Positions 44,148-54,010 of a stretch of DNA of 64,000 nucleotides are shown here, piece after piece (positions within the stretch are counted from its first letter, which is position 1; each line of letters opens with the position of its first letter). Location of the stretch: the IMG/VR virus record IMGVR_UViG_3300025120_000038, one strand, 5' to 3'. The notes under the pieces were generated by a model that did no database searches, had not been told where the DNA came from, and saw nothing but the letters and a program-made list of their open reading frames with translations. The translations under genes were made by a program, and so were the position numbers. The stretch is from an uncultured virus (IMG/VR IMGVR_UViG_3300025120_000038) (taxonomy: Duplodnaviria > Heunggongvirae > Uroviricota > Caudoviricetes).

Positions 44148-45298
44148 GCAGAGTATTTTTTAATTAATTCGAGTGCTTTATTCTTTTTACCTTTTGTTTT
44201 ATAACTAAAAGGACTTTCTGTTACAGCTTCAGCTGTTATTCCAACTGAAGTAGGAGTAACTACTTCTTGTTCAGCGGCCATCATAACAGGTTGCTGAGGA
44301 GCACCCATAGTTACCGTATCCTTGTGTAAAGGTACATTTTTCTTTGCAGCTATTTGAGACGCTTGATTAGTTGTCATTGCAGCTAAAGTATCTGGATGTG
44401 GCTTACGTTGTCTTTGATATTTATTACCAATGTATTCATTTAAGCTTTGATAAACTTTTTGAGTTCCCTCATCATCCCAATTATTTTCCCCATCATTATA
44501 ATTAATGTTTTCCATTAATCTTTTTATTTCTGAATTAGGTAAATTCATATGGTCACCTAAATAAGATCTAACTCCTGATGGGCCTACTGTTTCTAATGCA
44601 TCTTGTACAAATTCCAAAGTGGGTTGCTTGTGCTCTGAGAAATCCCCTGTATCATATATAGGTCTACCTTGTTCATCAAGTCTTGTTATAGGCTGTCCGT
44701 TTGCATCCAAACCAAGTGATTTAACAAAAGGATCTAAAGATAAATTAATAGGTCTAATTCTATTAACTGGAGCAGGTACATTTATAAAATCGTAAATATT
44801 TACATCAAATTCTCCGGTAACTGGGTTAGTGGCTTTCCCTTCCATTTTAACTTTTCCTTCGTCATCGATAGCTAATGCAACATCACCATTTATTAATGAT
44901 TTTAAAACAGCTTCGTCGTTTTGGTCCATACCATAAGATAATGTGCCGTTTCTAAGTGCAGTCTTATATGCTTGTATATTAGCTTCACCTGTTTTAGCAA
45001 ATTGCCCTAATCTACTAACCATTTGATCAATAGATGCCATTTCAGCTGCATACTTTGAATTATCTAATTCACCTTTCTTTTTTTTGTTAGTTAAATCACT
45101 AGCTTTGCTTACTATTTCTCTTGCAATACCTTGAACCTGTGTTTTAAATATTCCAATAGGGGTAGGATGTTCTTGATTTAATCTATCTTCTGATGTTCTT
45201 TTAAATTGCTTTTCATATTCAAGATTTCTAGCATCTTTAATAATCTTTTGTTCAGGACTATTTTTTTGAAAAGCTAAACCTGGATTATAATCTTTCAT
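44144..45298 (-). CDS. Putative internal virion protein
   Basis: 384 aa; lies between pilot-like and giant proteins. Confidence 0.6.
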   Translation of the reverse strand: MKDYNPGLAFQKNSPEQKIIKDARNLEYEKQFKRTSEDRLNQEHPTPIGIFKTQVQGIAREIVSKASDLTNKKKKGELDNSKYAAEMASIDQMVSRLGQFAKTGEANIQAYKTALRNGTLSYGMDQNDEAVLKSLINGDVALAIDDEGKVKMEGKATNPVTGEFDVNIYDFINVPAPVNRIRPINLSLDPFVKSLGLDANGQPITRLDEQGRPIYDTGDFSEHKQPTLEFVQDALETVGPSGVRSYLGDHMNLPNSEIKRLMENINYNDGENNWDDEGTQKVYQSLNEYIGNKYQRQRKPHPDTLAAMTTNQASQIAAKKNVPLHKDTVTMGAPQQPVMMAAEQEVVTPTSVGITAEAVTESPFSYKTKGKKNKALELIKKYSA

Positions 45299-45302
45299 AT
45301 TG

Positions 45303-46709
45303 TTAAGTTAATGATTTAAATTCTACATCTAATAAATCGTAATCAACCCAATCAAAACCGCTGGAATGACGCATTACTGCATGGGAAGGAATTTCATCAG
45401 ACATAACACCTTGAAAAACACCTTGGCCTAATAATTTATTTATATATTCAAATAAATATATATTTATACCGCTATTAGATTTACCAATGAGCTTTATATT
45501 TTTCTTTAACCTTCTATCACTAAAAGTTTTTTTAGACATTCTACCTAAATCTATTACAGCTTGATTTTCAGCTTCTTTGGCATCTATTTCACTTAAAGTA
45601 TTAGTAGATATATCCATTAGGTTGGCTTGAACATCATATTGATTGCTTTGAGCTTGCGTTTGACCAGCAGCTTGCGATAAATCAAAGTTAGTTTGATTAG
45701 AAGCATTTTGTGCTAAAGCATTATTTATAGTAGCAGCATTTGTTGCGTCTGCTTGAGTAGCGGCATTATACGCGGCCATTCTTTCAGCATTACTTTGAGA
45801 TGCGTTAAATTGATTAGCTTGATTTTGTGCACCAAATACAGATTGAGTAGCTGCATTATTTTGGCCAGCATTAAATTGGCTCATTGCATTATCAGCTCCA
45901 AATTGTGATAAAGCAAATTGATTTGCAGCACCTGCCCCAAATTGTGCAGCTTGATTTGCTGCTCCTGCTGTAAATTGATTAGCTTGATTTCTGGCATTTG
46001 CTCCAAATTGTGCAGCTTGATTTTGTGCACCTACGTTAAACTGTTGTTGTCCTAAATCAAATTGAGATGCTAAATTACCCTGTGATAATAAATCTCTTTG
46101 TAAAGATTGCTCGCCTTGAGCTCTCATTGCTTCATTGGCTTTAACTTGTCTATCTATATCAGCAGAAATCCCCGCTTTAGATTTTGCAGCTGCAGCAGCT
46201 AACGCGGTAGCACCCCCACCCCCGGTTTGTGCAACTAAATCTTGAGACGCTGCTAATGATTGATCAGCCTCTCTAGCGGCTAAATCCGATCCAGCTGTAG
46301 ATACTTGAAGATTATTAAATACATTACTAAGACCGGTATCGGCACCTCTAGCTAAAGGCCCTACATTTGTTCCAGCTGCAGTATAGCCCTCTCCTGTATA
46401 TCCTTGAGAGGCATAACCTTGAGCGGAACCTAATCGACCTACTTGTCCTTGTTGAATTGCTCCCATTTGTGCAACTCCAGCTTGAGCAGCGTTACCTTGA
46501 AATTGTCTAGGATCAATTGAAGCTAAAGCATTCATATCAATGTTAGTTGCCCCTAAATCCGCGTAAAAATCGCTTACTTCAAAATCTCTCAGACCTTGTA
46601 AGTCCGCATCATATTGATCTTGAGCCACAGTTTGGTCCGCTAGTATTTGACTTTGATTTTCTGATGCTATAGCAGCAGCTTGTCTATTTCTTTTTTTCTT
46701 TCCTCCCAT
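45303..46709 (-). CDS. Ala/Gln/Asn-rich pilot/ejection-like protein with a C-terminal S74 intramolecular chaperone domain
   Basis: QFN(A/V)GAxNQAA 11-aa repeats; FSDRRLKKNIK...GVMSDEI...VDY. Confidence 0.7.
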   Translation of the reverse strand: MGGKKKRNRQAAAIASENQSQILADQTVAQDQYDADLQGLRDFEVSDFYADLGATNIDMNALASIDPRQFQGNAAQAGVAQMGAIQQGQVGRLGSAQGYASQGYTGEGYTAAGTNVGPLARGADTGLSNVFNNLQVSTAGSDLAAREADQSLAASQDLVAQTGGGGATALAAAAAKSKAGISADIDRQVKANEAMRAQGEQSLQRDLLSQGNLASQFDLGQQQFNVGAQNQAAQFGANARNQANQFTAGAANQAAQFGAGAANQFALSQFGADNAMSQFNAGQNNAATQSVFGAQNQANQFNASQSNAERMAAYNAATQADATNAATINNALAQNASNQTNFDLSQAAGQTQAQSNQYDVQANLMDISTNTLSEIDAKEAENQAVIDLGRMSKKTFSDRRLKKNIKLIGKSNSGINIYLFEYINKLLGQGVFQGVMSDEIPSHAVMRHSSGFDWVDYDLLDVEFKSLT

Positions 46710-47159
46710 TTATAATTTTTTTATGAGTTCATAAGATGGTTTATCCCATTTTTCGTATCCTGCTTTAAGATAATAGTCTAACATATAACCCTCTTGGGCC
46801 CACCCAAAAGTATATTTATATCCTAAATCTTTAGCAAAGTCTGTTACAAAAGTAACTAAAAGTTGAATTGCTTCGTTTCTATCTTTATCTCTATAAGTTG
46901 GATCTGAAATTGCAGCAGTTGGTAAAGCACAGTTTGAATTTGTCATACCTAACCACATTGCGGCAATAGGATCATCATTTTTACAAACCATAAAACCACC
47001 TAAACCAGCACGTTTTTTTTCGTATTGGCCTACTTGAAAGGCTCCTGGTAGTATTTCTCTAAAATCTTCCGTATAAATCCACGGCTCTTGATTATAAGCA
47101 TCCCACCATTTTGGCAGAAACTTCCAATCGGTTTCTAGTAATTTTCTTACTCTTAACAT
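46710..47159 (-). CDS. GNAT-fold-like tail/core assembly protein
   Basis: FAKDLGYK...YLKAGY pattern; position after the tail nozzle gene, as in podoviruses. Confidence 0.5.
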   Translation of the reverse strand: MLRVRKLLETDWKFLPKWWDAYNQEPWIYTEDFREILPGAFQVGQYEKKRAGLGGFMVCKNDDPIAAMWLGMTNSNCALPTAAISDPTYRDKDRNEAIQLLVTFVTDFAKDLGYKYTFGWAQEGYMLDYYLKAGYEKWDKPSYELIKKL

Positions 47160-47180
47160 ATAATATAATTAAATTTAATT

Positions 47181-47420
47181 TTAAGTTGATGAATAAACTG
47201 CTTCTGCGTTTAAAGCAAACAGTTCTTTTTTTGTTGATGCATTTACTATAGGTAAAGTAAACTTTATTTTAGCAAATGCACCTTTAATACCTGACACTAA
47301 TTGTGTCGAATCTGTAACTATAATTCCGCCTGAAACTTTATAAGTTGATTCTTGTGAAACTATAGGTGCAAAAAACTTGCCTTCTTTTTTTTGAAAAGGA
47401 AAATCTATTAATGTACTCAT
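47181..47420 (-). CDS. Small protein resembling a detached C-terminus of the tail stabilisation protein
   Basis: FQKKEGKFF...SGIKGAFAKIK...ELFALNAEAVYSS. Confidence 0.6.
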   Translation of the reverse strand: MSTLIDFPFQKKEGKFFAPIVSQESTYKVSGGIIVTDSTQLVSGIKGAFAKIKFTLPIVNASTKKELFALNAEAVYSST

Positions 47421-47421
47421 A

Positions 47422-50400
47422 TTATGCTTGAGTTATTGTTATTGTTTTAGGGGCTAAAGGTGAAGAACCTCCTTGAATTCTAGTGTTAAGGCAAACAATA
47501 TTAGCGTCTACTGTTCTTAAAGATCCTGTACCGTTAGCATCAGCACTAATTGTAAAACTATCTCCTGGTTCTATAACAGCTGTTCCGTTAGCACCATTAA
47601 ATTTAATCCAATTAGTTCCAAAGCCCCCATTATCAGCAGGGGTTACGGAAATTTGAACGTTCCATGTATTTGAAATTGTAATTGCTGTACCAGCTGTAAT
47701 TAAATTTGCTGTTGTAGGTATACTTCCTAATGTTGCTGTTGCTGGTGTATAAGTTCCTAAAGTAGCTGTAGCCACTGTGTCTACTGTTAAGTTAGGTAAT
47801 TGCACGCTAAAAGTTAAAATTCCATTATTACTACTTAAAGCCGGAGTAATTGTTACACCTCCTACATTATAAGATACAGTTTGTGATGATGTAGTTAATA
47901 CCTGCGTATCAGTACAAGTATACACAATTGTAGCTAATCTTAAATTAGCATTATCAAAAGGCGAAATGTAATATGCTACTCCCGCAGATGTACCCGCAGG
48001 CGTATTTAAACTTCCCGGATCAGCACCAAATGTAATAGGGGTCCATATTAATGTTGGTTTTAAAGTTGCCGCCCCGGTAACTGTTATAGTTCCTGCGGTT
48101 GCTGTTGCCGGAACTGTAATTGGAATTTCATATTCAATATTATCTCCATTTTGAACTGCAACTGTTGTTCCAACATTTGTACTGGCAGGCATACCACTGG
48201 TATTAATTACAATATTATTATTGTCAATATAATAATTAGAAAAAGCCGATGCTACAAACTCCACTTTATTACCACCTACTGTATTAAATATTTGAGAAGC
48301 CGGAGTTATTGCTGAATTAGAAATAGTATCTATTGTGTTTACAGTTAACAAAGCAACAGTAAAAGCTAAATCAGCTCCGGTACCACTAATATCTAATGTT
48401 TGTATAGAATTAGAAGAACCAACTACATGGGACACTTGAAAAACCAATTGCCCATCTGTAACTGCTACAGGTGATGTTATATTTAAATTACTTCCAGCTG
48501 CTTGCGTTAAAATAATTTCAGGTGGAGAAGGAATAGGGTCAGTAAATTTAAATTGTGAATTTAATGGAGAAACAAATATGGCCCAAAAAATTTGATCTCC
48601 TTGTTTATTTATGCTCGTATTAGCCCCACTAAATATAGAATTAGCTGCTGAACCTGATAATTGTAATGAAGTATTAAAAGTATCTGCTGTTGTAGGTATA
48701 GTTCCAATATTACCAATATCTGTTTCTATATATTCTAACTCCCACCCCTCAGTACCTTCATAAGCTAAAGTGTTAAATTGTTTTACTAAAGATGGTGCGT
48801 CATTAAAAATAGGTATTACGTAAGATTCTTGAGTCGTAGAATTATAAAAATTGTTTCTAGTAACATTAGGACTATGATGCTGCCACAAGCTTCCTCCACT
48901 AAATGTATAATAAGTATTATTTAATGATAAACCTCCTTCTTGTTTAAACCCTCTAAATGAGGTCCATCCGCCAGATCTATCATCAAAACATATTGTTAGA
49001 TATCCTTGTGAGGCAGTAGCCGCATTTGTGTCACTATTTCCATCAAAACCAGAGCCTATTAAAGTTAATTCATATAGTCTACTATATTCGTCGTAGGATC
49101 CTATAATTTGTGTAGAAGCTTTTAATGCATCTCTAAAAAAATCACCACAGCCAATTGTTGATATTTCTTGCAATTGACCTTGTACTAATCTTAGTACAAC
49201 ACCCCTATTACTATCCGTAAAATATTGTGAAAAGCCATAAGTTGCCCAAGATTGTGGGTTTTTAGCTATACCAAATTGACCGGCTAATGGTGCTATTGTA
49301 CCTAAAAATTGTGTATTACTAGTAACTGGAACAGCTCCACCTTCTGCAGAATATATAAAATCTTTATCAATTGGTGATCTAGAAACTTTATCTTCTTGAA
49401 ATATATTTATAGCAGTATCATCTGTAAATAACTTTTGTACAGAACCATCTTGAGGGTCTAAAGATATAGTTAAACCACCTTCCGATTCATTAAATTGATT
49501 TATATAATTTATACCAGTTCTTGAATTTAAAAATCCACTAGAATGTATTAATGTATTACCTCTTCTTTCTTCAGTAAAATTTTCTTGTACCACATAAGCT
49601 CTTACACCTACATCAAAAAATGGTTGATTAAAGCCTGCTTTAATTCTATTAATTTCTATATGATAACCTGCTGTAAAAGTAAGTAATATACAATTAAAAA
49701 ATTCTATATCAATTGCCGTTGCGGTTAGCTCAGATACTAATCCTCCAGTAGATGTTTCAAAAAATATATCTAATTCAGAACTAACAGGTTCTGTTTCATA
49801 TACAGCTAAACCTGAACTAACTGCAGCTCCGCTATTATTAATTGTGGTAACTAAAGCATCTCCTGATGGATTTGCAATAGACTGTACAGACGTTAATGCA
49901 CCTGCAGTTGGCGAATAAACATTACTACCATCTACATACTTAGGATAAACAGATACGTTACAAGGAGATATTGTTGCAGAAGTACTTGGTGGTATTGCTG
50001 CTGTTTGATCTCTAGGAATTTTATTTATACTATCTCCTAATCTTTCAATGTTATTAGCACTTGTAATTACAGATATCCAATTATAATATTCTTGTTCTCT
50101 TTGCTTTACAACAACTCTATACGAATAAGCCCACTCAGGTATTTGCGTTAGATCAGCAAAAGCAATTCTTAATGCATTAAAAGCTGAAGTTGAACTAGCG
50201 TCTCCTGTGTTTGGTTCTACAAATACGGTATCTACTCCTGAGCTCGATAATATTACAGGAGATTGTCTTCCAAATTTATCTGCTAAAACAATACCAACTT
50301 GATATGTACGTCTTGATTTTACAGATTGATTTTCTAAATTGGATGATAATCTAGCAGATGTTTCTCCTGTTCTTGAAACAGTAAAAGCTATTTGTGGAAT

Positions 50401-51429
50401 ATCAAAATTTTGTAAAAAATTACCATAAACTAACCTACCTCCAGCTACATCTTGAGCTTTAGCTTTTAATGGAACCGCATCATATACTCTTGTTAATTGA
50501 TCAGGTGGTAATGTTCTAAAAGGGTCAGTTGATGAATAAGTAAAATTAACAAAAGGCTCAGTAGTAACCTCAGAATCATTAACCACATACAATGTGCCCG
50601 AAATAGTATCTTTATAAATTAGCTCCACATTTTTAATACCATAACCTGTTGGAGTTGGTATTTGTAATTGTACTTGATTGATTGCATTAACAAATGTTTC
50701 TATTTCTCCAAAATTACCAATTGAAGTACTAATAGTATCAGGTTCATTTATTCTAGAAAACAATATTGGGCTAAAAGGTGCTAAAGTACTATATTCATTA
50801 TCTTCAAATTGCCATCTATATGAAAATCTTATTAGCTTGTCCTGCATAAAAGTTGAAGATATGCTTGATTCTTTTGTTGCAGCAACTAAAGTTGGTGCTT
50901 CATATGGAGCAAATTTACATACTGATATTAAATTATCAATATTAGAAGCAGAGGTATAATATGACACATTATTTCTAGCCGTAACTACATTAATTTTTCT
51001 TGGGTAATTTCTATTATCTGTCCAAAACAATAAATCATCTACAATATTAATTCCAGTAATAGGATAATTTTGATGTAAATTTAATTGTTGAGAAACTATT
51101 AATGCTGTAGTTTGTTTAGTTTTTTGATCGTACTCAAAAAGCCCATGCTGCCCGGAATTTATTTCATTATAAGTACTATTATTAGTAACAAAAAAATATA
51201 TTTTTTCAGTTCTACTATCACTAACCACTCCAATGCTTTTAGCATTAGCAATATTACAATTTGCTACTAATTCATTACCTAATAAATTTTCAATAGAACC
51301 TACATCAGACGCTTCTGATTGCCCAATATTAACATTGAATGCCTCTCGGTAATCACCCGCAGGTATTATTCTATCATCTAAATCACGGTTCATTTTACCG
51401 CCATTAAATATTCTTTTTATTTCTGGCAT
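47422..51429 (-). CDS. Tail stabilisation/nozzle protein with a C-terminal Ig-like extension
   Basis: GKMNRDLDDRI, LLFWTDNRNYPRKIN, RFSYRW, YGN, YFTD, GWTSF; last ~430 aa Thr/Ala-rich. Confidence 0.75.
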   Translation of the reverse strand: MPEIKRIFNGGKMNRDLDDRIIPAGDYREAFNVNIGQSEASDVGSIENLLGNELVANCNIANAKSIGVVSDSRTEKIYFFVTNNSTYNEINSGQHGLFEYDQKTKQTTALIVSQQLNLHQNYPITGINIVDDLLFWTDNRNYPRKINVVTARNNVSYYTSASNIDNLISVCKFAPYEAPTLVAATKESSISSTFMQDKLIRFSYRWQFEDNEYSTLAPFSPILFSRINEPDTISTSIGNFGEIETFVNAINQVQLQIPTPTGYGIKNVELIYKDTISGTLYVVNDSEVTTEPFVNFTYSSTDPFRTLPPDQLTRVYDAVPLKAKAQDVAGGRLVYGNFLQNFDIPQIAFTVSRTGETSARLSSNLENQSVKSRRTYQVGIVLADKFGRQSPVILSSSGVDTVFVEPNTGDASSTSAFNALRIAFADLTQIPEWAYSYRVVVKQREQEYYNWISVITSANNIERLGDSINKIPRDQTAAIPPSTSATISPCNVSVYPKYVDGSNVYSPTAGALTSVQSIANPSGDALVTTINNSGAAVSSGLAVYETEPVSSELDIFFETSTGGLVSELTATAIDIEFFNCILLTFTAGYHIEINRIKAGFNQPFFDVGVRAYVVQENFTEERRGNTLIHSSGFLNSRTGINYINQFNESEGGLTISLDPQDGSVQKLFTDDTAINIFQEDKVSRSPIDKDFIYSAEGGAVPVTSNTQFLGTIAPLAGQFGIAKNPQSWATYGFSQYFTDSNRGVVLRLVQGQLQEISTIGCGDFFRDALKASTQIIGSYDEYSRLYELTLIGSGFDGNSDTNAATASQGYLTICFDDRSGGWTSFRGFKQEGGLSLNNTYYTFSGGSLWQHHSPNVTRNNFYNSTTQESYVIPIFNDAPSLVKQFNTLAYEGTEGWELEYIETDIGNIGTIPTTADTFNTSLQLSGSAANSIFSGANTSINKQGDQIFWAIFVSPLNSQFKFTDPIPSPPEIILTQAAGSNLNITSPVAVTDGQLVFQVSHVVGSSNSIQTLDISGTGADLAFTVALLTVNTIDTISNSAITPASQIFNTVGGNKVEFVASAFSNYYIDNNNIVINTSGMPASTNVGTTVAVQNGDNIEYEIPITVPATATAGTITVTGAATLKPTLIWTPITFGADPGSLNTPAGTSAGVAYYISPFDNANLRLATIVYTCTDTQVLTTSSQTVSYNVGGVTITPALSSNNGILTFSVQLPNLTVDTVATATLGTYTPATATLGSIPTTANLITAGTAITISNTWNVQISVTPADNGGFGTNWIKFNGANGTAVIEPGDSFTISADANGTGSLRTVDANIVCLNTRIQGGSSPLAPKTITITQA

Positions 51430-51438
51430 AAAATTATA

Positions 51439-52362
51439 TTAATGTTTTATCCACTTAGCTTTATTTCTGAAAATATTAGTCATTTCATTAAGCTTCATAT
51501 TTGCAATTCTTATTTTTGCATTTTGCATTTTAGCATAGGCTTCTTTTTTGTAAAGAGGAGCCGCAGGCATTGATGCTTGTCTTACTTTTGCTAAATTATA
51601 CAACATATTTGCATATACTGCATCTTCTGCCATTTTAGGTACATATACATTATCAAAATTACCATTATTTCCTAATCCATCTGATATATAAGTTAATGTA
51701 ACATAAGTATCTTGTGCAAAATCTGAACTAAAATATATTTGTCCTGCACTTAAATCTAATACAAAAGATCCGTTTATATTTTGATATTCAGGTGTTGAGC
51801 CATATCTAGCACCGTAATAACTAAAGTTATCACCGTAGTAATAACCATTATAGTATTCCATTGTATCTTGTACAGTAACTAAATTATTAGTTGTTTGAAA
51901 TCTTTTTAATGTTTCAGACTCTTCAGCGTATAATATATTTCCCTCTTGATCGTACAAATATTTATATTCTTCATCTTGAGCAACCCCTTGATTAGCTTTA
52001 GTTAAGCCACTTGGTAATATAGGTCTTTGTACTCCTGCATTATCAGTGTAAGTTAAACTTATGTAATTAACATAATCTGAGGGCAATGACATTTGTAACG
52101 TAGAACTTAATTGTATTTCAATTGATTTTTCAGAATGAAATACATCATAATTAAATTCTTGAACAGCTCTTTGTCCCCAAAAGGCTACTTCATATCTTGG
52201 AACTTTAGGCAGTGTTTTGCCATCTCCAACATAACCTATAATAAAATTATTTATTACATCATTAAGGTTTGTTCTTCTATAGTATCCAGGTACTGCTAAT
52301 CCAGTCCCTCCATCTAAAGCTGAGTAATTGTCTACGTCTAAAGGTCTTCTTGATATTGCCAT
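51439..52362 (-). CDS. Tail tubular/ring protein
   Basis: LPSDYVNY motif; position in morphogenesis module. Confidence 0.6.
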   Translation of the reverse strand: MAISRRPLDVDNYSALDGGTGLAVPGYYRRTNLNDVINNFIIGYVGDGKTLPKVPRYEVAFWGQRAVQEFNYDVFHSEKSIEIQLSSTLQMSLPSDYVNYISLTYTDNAGVQRPILPSGLTKANQGVAQDEEYKYLYDQEGNILYAEESETLKRFQTTNNLVTVQDTMEYYNGYYYGDNFSYYGARYGSTPEYQNINGSFVLDLSAGQIYFSSDFAQDTYVTLTYISDGLGNNGNFDNVYVPKMAEDAVYANMLYNLAKVRQASMPAAPLYKKEAYAKMQNAKIRIANMKLNEMTNIFRNKAKWIKH

Positions 52363-53105
52363 TATTGTTCAGTTGCTTGAAATTCTTGTTCTTTTGATTG
52401 TGCAAATCCCACCACATCAGCTTGTTTTATAACTACTCCTGCATATGCTAATATTGTAACTACTAACTCTTGAAATTCAGAAGGATGCAATTCGAAGTTG
52501 TATGATTTAGCTGGTGTGTCATAACTGTCATTTGCTGGATCAAAAACTGTTGGATCATAAATAGGTTCATTTGGTACACCCGCCGCTATTTGTGCGGCCG
52601 TAGGCATTAAATAACCCCACTTAGGTCTAACAGGATTTTTTAAATAATCAATACTTACTCCGGTAGTTACAGAACTTGGATATACTTTTATTCCATTTGA
52701 ATTTAAAGTATAAACAGGTTGAGTAGCTACAGGATAAGTAAGAGGTGATAAGTTAATATACTTAATATCCGAATGTGATGCTTTATCAGCAACAACATCA
52801 TTAACGCTTACAACACCTAAAGATCGTAAGTCATCTGGGTATACATGAATACCATTAGTTTCTGTTAAAATAGCATCTTTATAGAACACATTAATTTTTT
52901 CTGATACATTTAAAGTAGGATCAGAGAAATCACTTGTTAATGCAGAACTACCTTCATAAGCCGCTTCTCTATTAAAATAAGATTCAAATATTTCATTTTG
53001 AGATTGATCGGCTAGTCTATTAAACTCTGCAGGTGTGATGTATCCTCTATTGTCTTTGTTAGCTATTACAAGAACTGTTTGGTATACATTATTTATATTA
53101 ACCAT
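52362..53105 (-). CDS. Head-tail adaptor/ring protein
   Basis: NKDNRGYITPAEFN...YPDD...DYLKNPVRPKW. Confidence 0.6.
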   Translation of the reverse strand: MVNINNVYQTVLVIANKDNRGYITPAEFNRLADQSQNEIFESYFNREAAYEGSSALTSDFSDPTLNVSEKINVFYKDAILTETNGIHVYPDDLRSLGVVSVNDVVADKASHSDIKYINLSPLTYPVATQPVYTLNSNGIKVYPSSVTTGVSIDYLKNPVRPKWGYLMPTAAQIAAGVPNEPIYDPTVFDPANDSYDTPAKSYNFELHPSEFQELVVTILAYAGVVIKQADVVGFAQSKEQEFQATEQ

Positions 53106-53130
53106 TTATTATTGTTTATTATTAATTTGT

Positions 53131-53161
53131 TGATATAGGATTAATTTCTTATCCTATATCA
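53131..53161. other. Intergenic perfect 11-bp inverted repeat
   Basis: TGATATAGGAT-N9-ATCCTATATCA. Confidence 0.7.
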
Positions 53162-53168
53162 GGTAAGC

Positions 53169-53948
53169 TTATGTAAGCTTTTTCATAAGAGATTTCATTA
53201 AATCAACTCCATCATCTGTTTTAAAATATTGTGCTAATGCACCATATGGGTGTTGATCAAATGGTACAGTAAGTATTTTTTTACCATTTGCAAATTTAAA
53301 TACTGTATTATCATCAGTTAACATTATTATACCTTGTTCAGTAGCCCTATTAGCTAAATTACGTAGTTTAATATCTTCATCTTCTGATAGCTCTATAAAT
53401 AATGCAGGATTTTTTCTAGCAAATTTATATGCGTCTCTTTTTAATTCTTTTGAAGTCATACTTGAAACAGAAGAACCTAATTCGGTTCTCATGATAGCTT
53501 CTAAATGATTAATGTCTAAAGATTTTACTAAAGCTAATGCTTCTAATTCAAATTCTAAAACATCAATTTCGTCTGCTGCCATTTTCCCTAAATCAATTTC
53601 TCTCCAAAGTTTACCATTCCAAGGATGATATACAGATAATAACTTTTGTAAATTAGTTTCAGATCTTGGTACATATAGTGAACCATCTTGAAATAAAATA
53701 TGAGTTAAAGTTACATATCCATCTTGTTCATCTACGAATAGTGATCTTTGATTTGTTGCAAGTCTTATTTCTCTATTTATTTTTAACCCTTCGTCCCAAT
53801 ATAATAAAGGTTTACGAGGAGTATGTTTTGCTTGTATCGTATAAGATACTGGCGAGTTTTCGCCTAAAAGAACATAAGTTCTATCTTTATATTCCCAATT
53901 ATCATCAACAGCTATAGTGCTGCTAATTTTTTGTGTTTTTGTTGTCAT
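53169..53948 (-). CDS. Conserved hypothetical protein downstream of the MCP
   Basis: 259 aa ORF. Confidence 0.7.
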   Translation of the reverse strand: MTTKTQKISSTIAVDDNWEYKDRTYVLLGENSPVSYTIQAKHTPRKPLLYWDEGLKINREIRLATNQRSLFVDEQDGYVTLTHILFQDGSLYVPRSETNLQKLLSVYHPWNGKLWREIDLGKMAADEIDVLEFELEALALVKSLDINHLEAIMRTELGSSVSSMTSKELKRDAYKFARKNPALFIELSEDEDIKLRNLANRATEQGIIMLTDDNTVFKFANGKKILTVPFDQHPYGALAQYFKTDDGVDLMKSLMKKLT

Positions 53949-53967
53949 AATAAAATAATATATAATA

Positions 53968-53998
53968 AGAATACTGGGCCCCGAAGGACCCGTATCCT
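53968..53998 (-). terminator. UUCG-capped hairpin after the MCP gene (terminator/attenuator or stabiliser)
   Basis: AGGATAC-GGGTCC-TTCG-GGGCCC-A-GTATTCT followed by an AT-rich tract. Confidence 0.7.
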
Positions 53999-54010
53999 AT
54001 AGTTAAAAAA

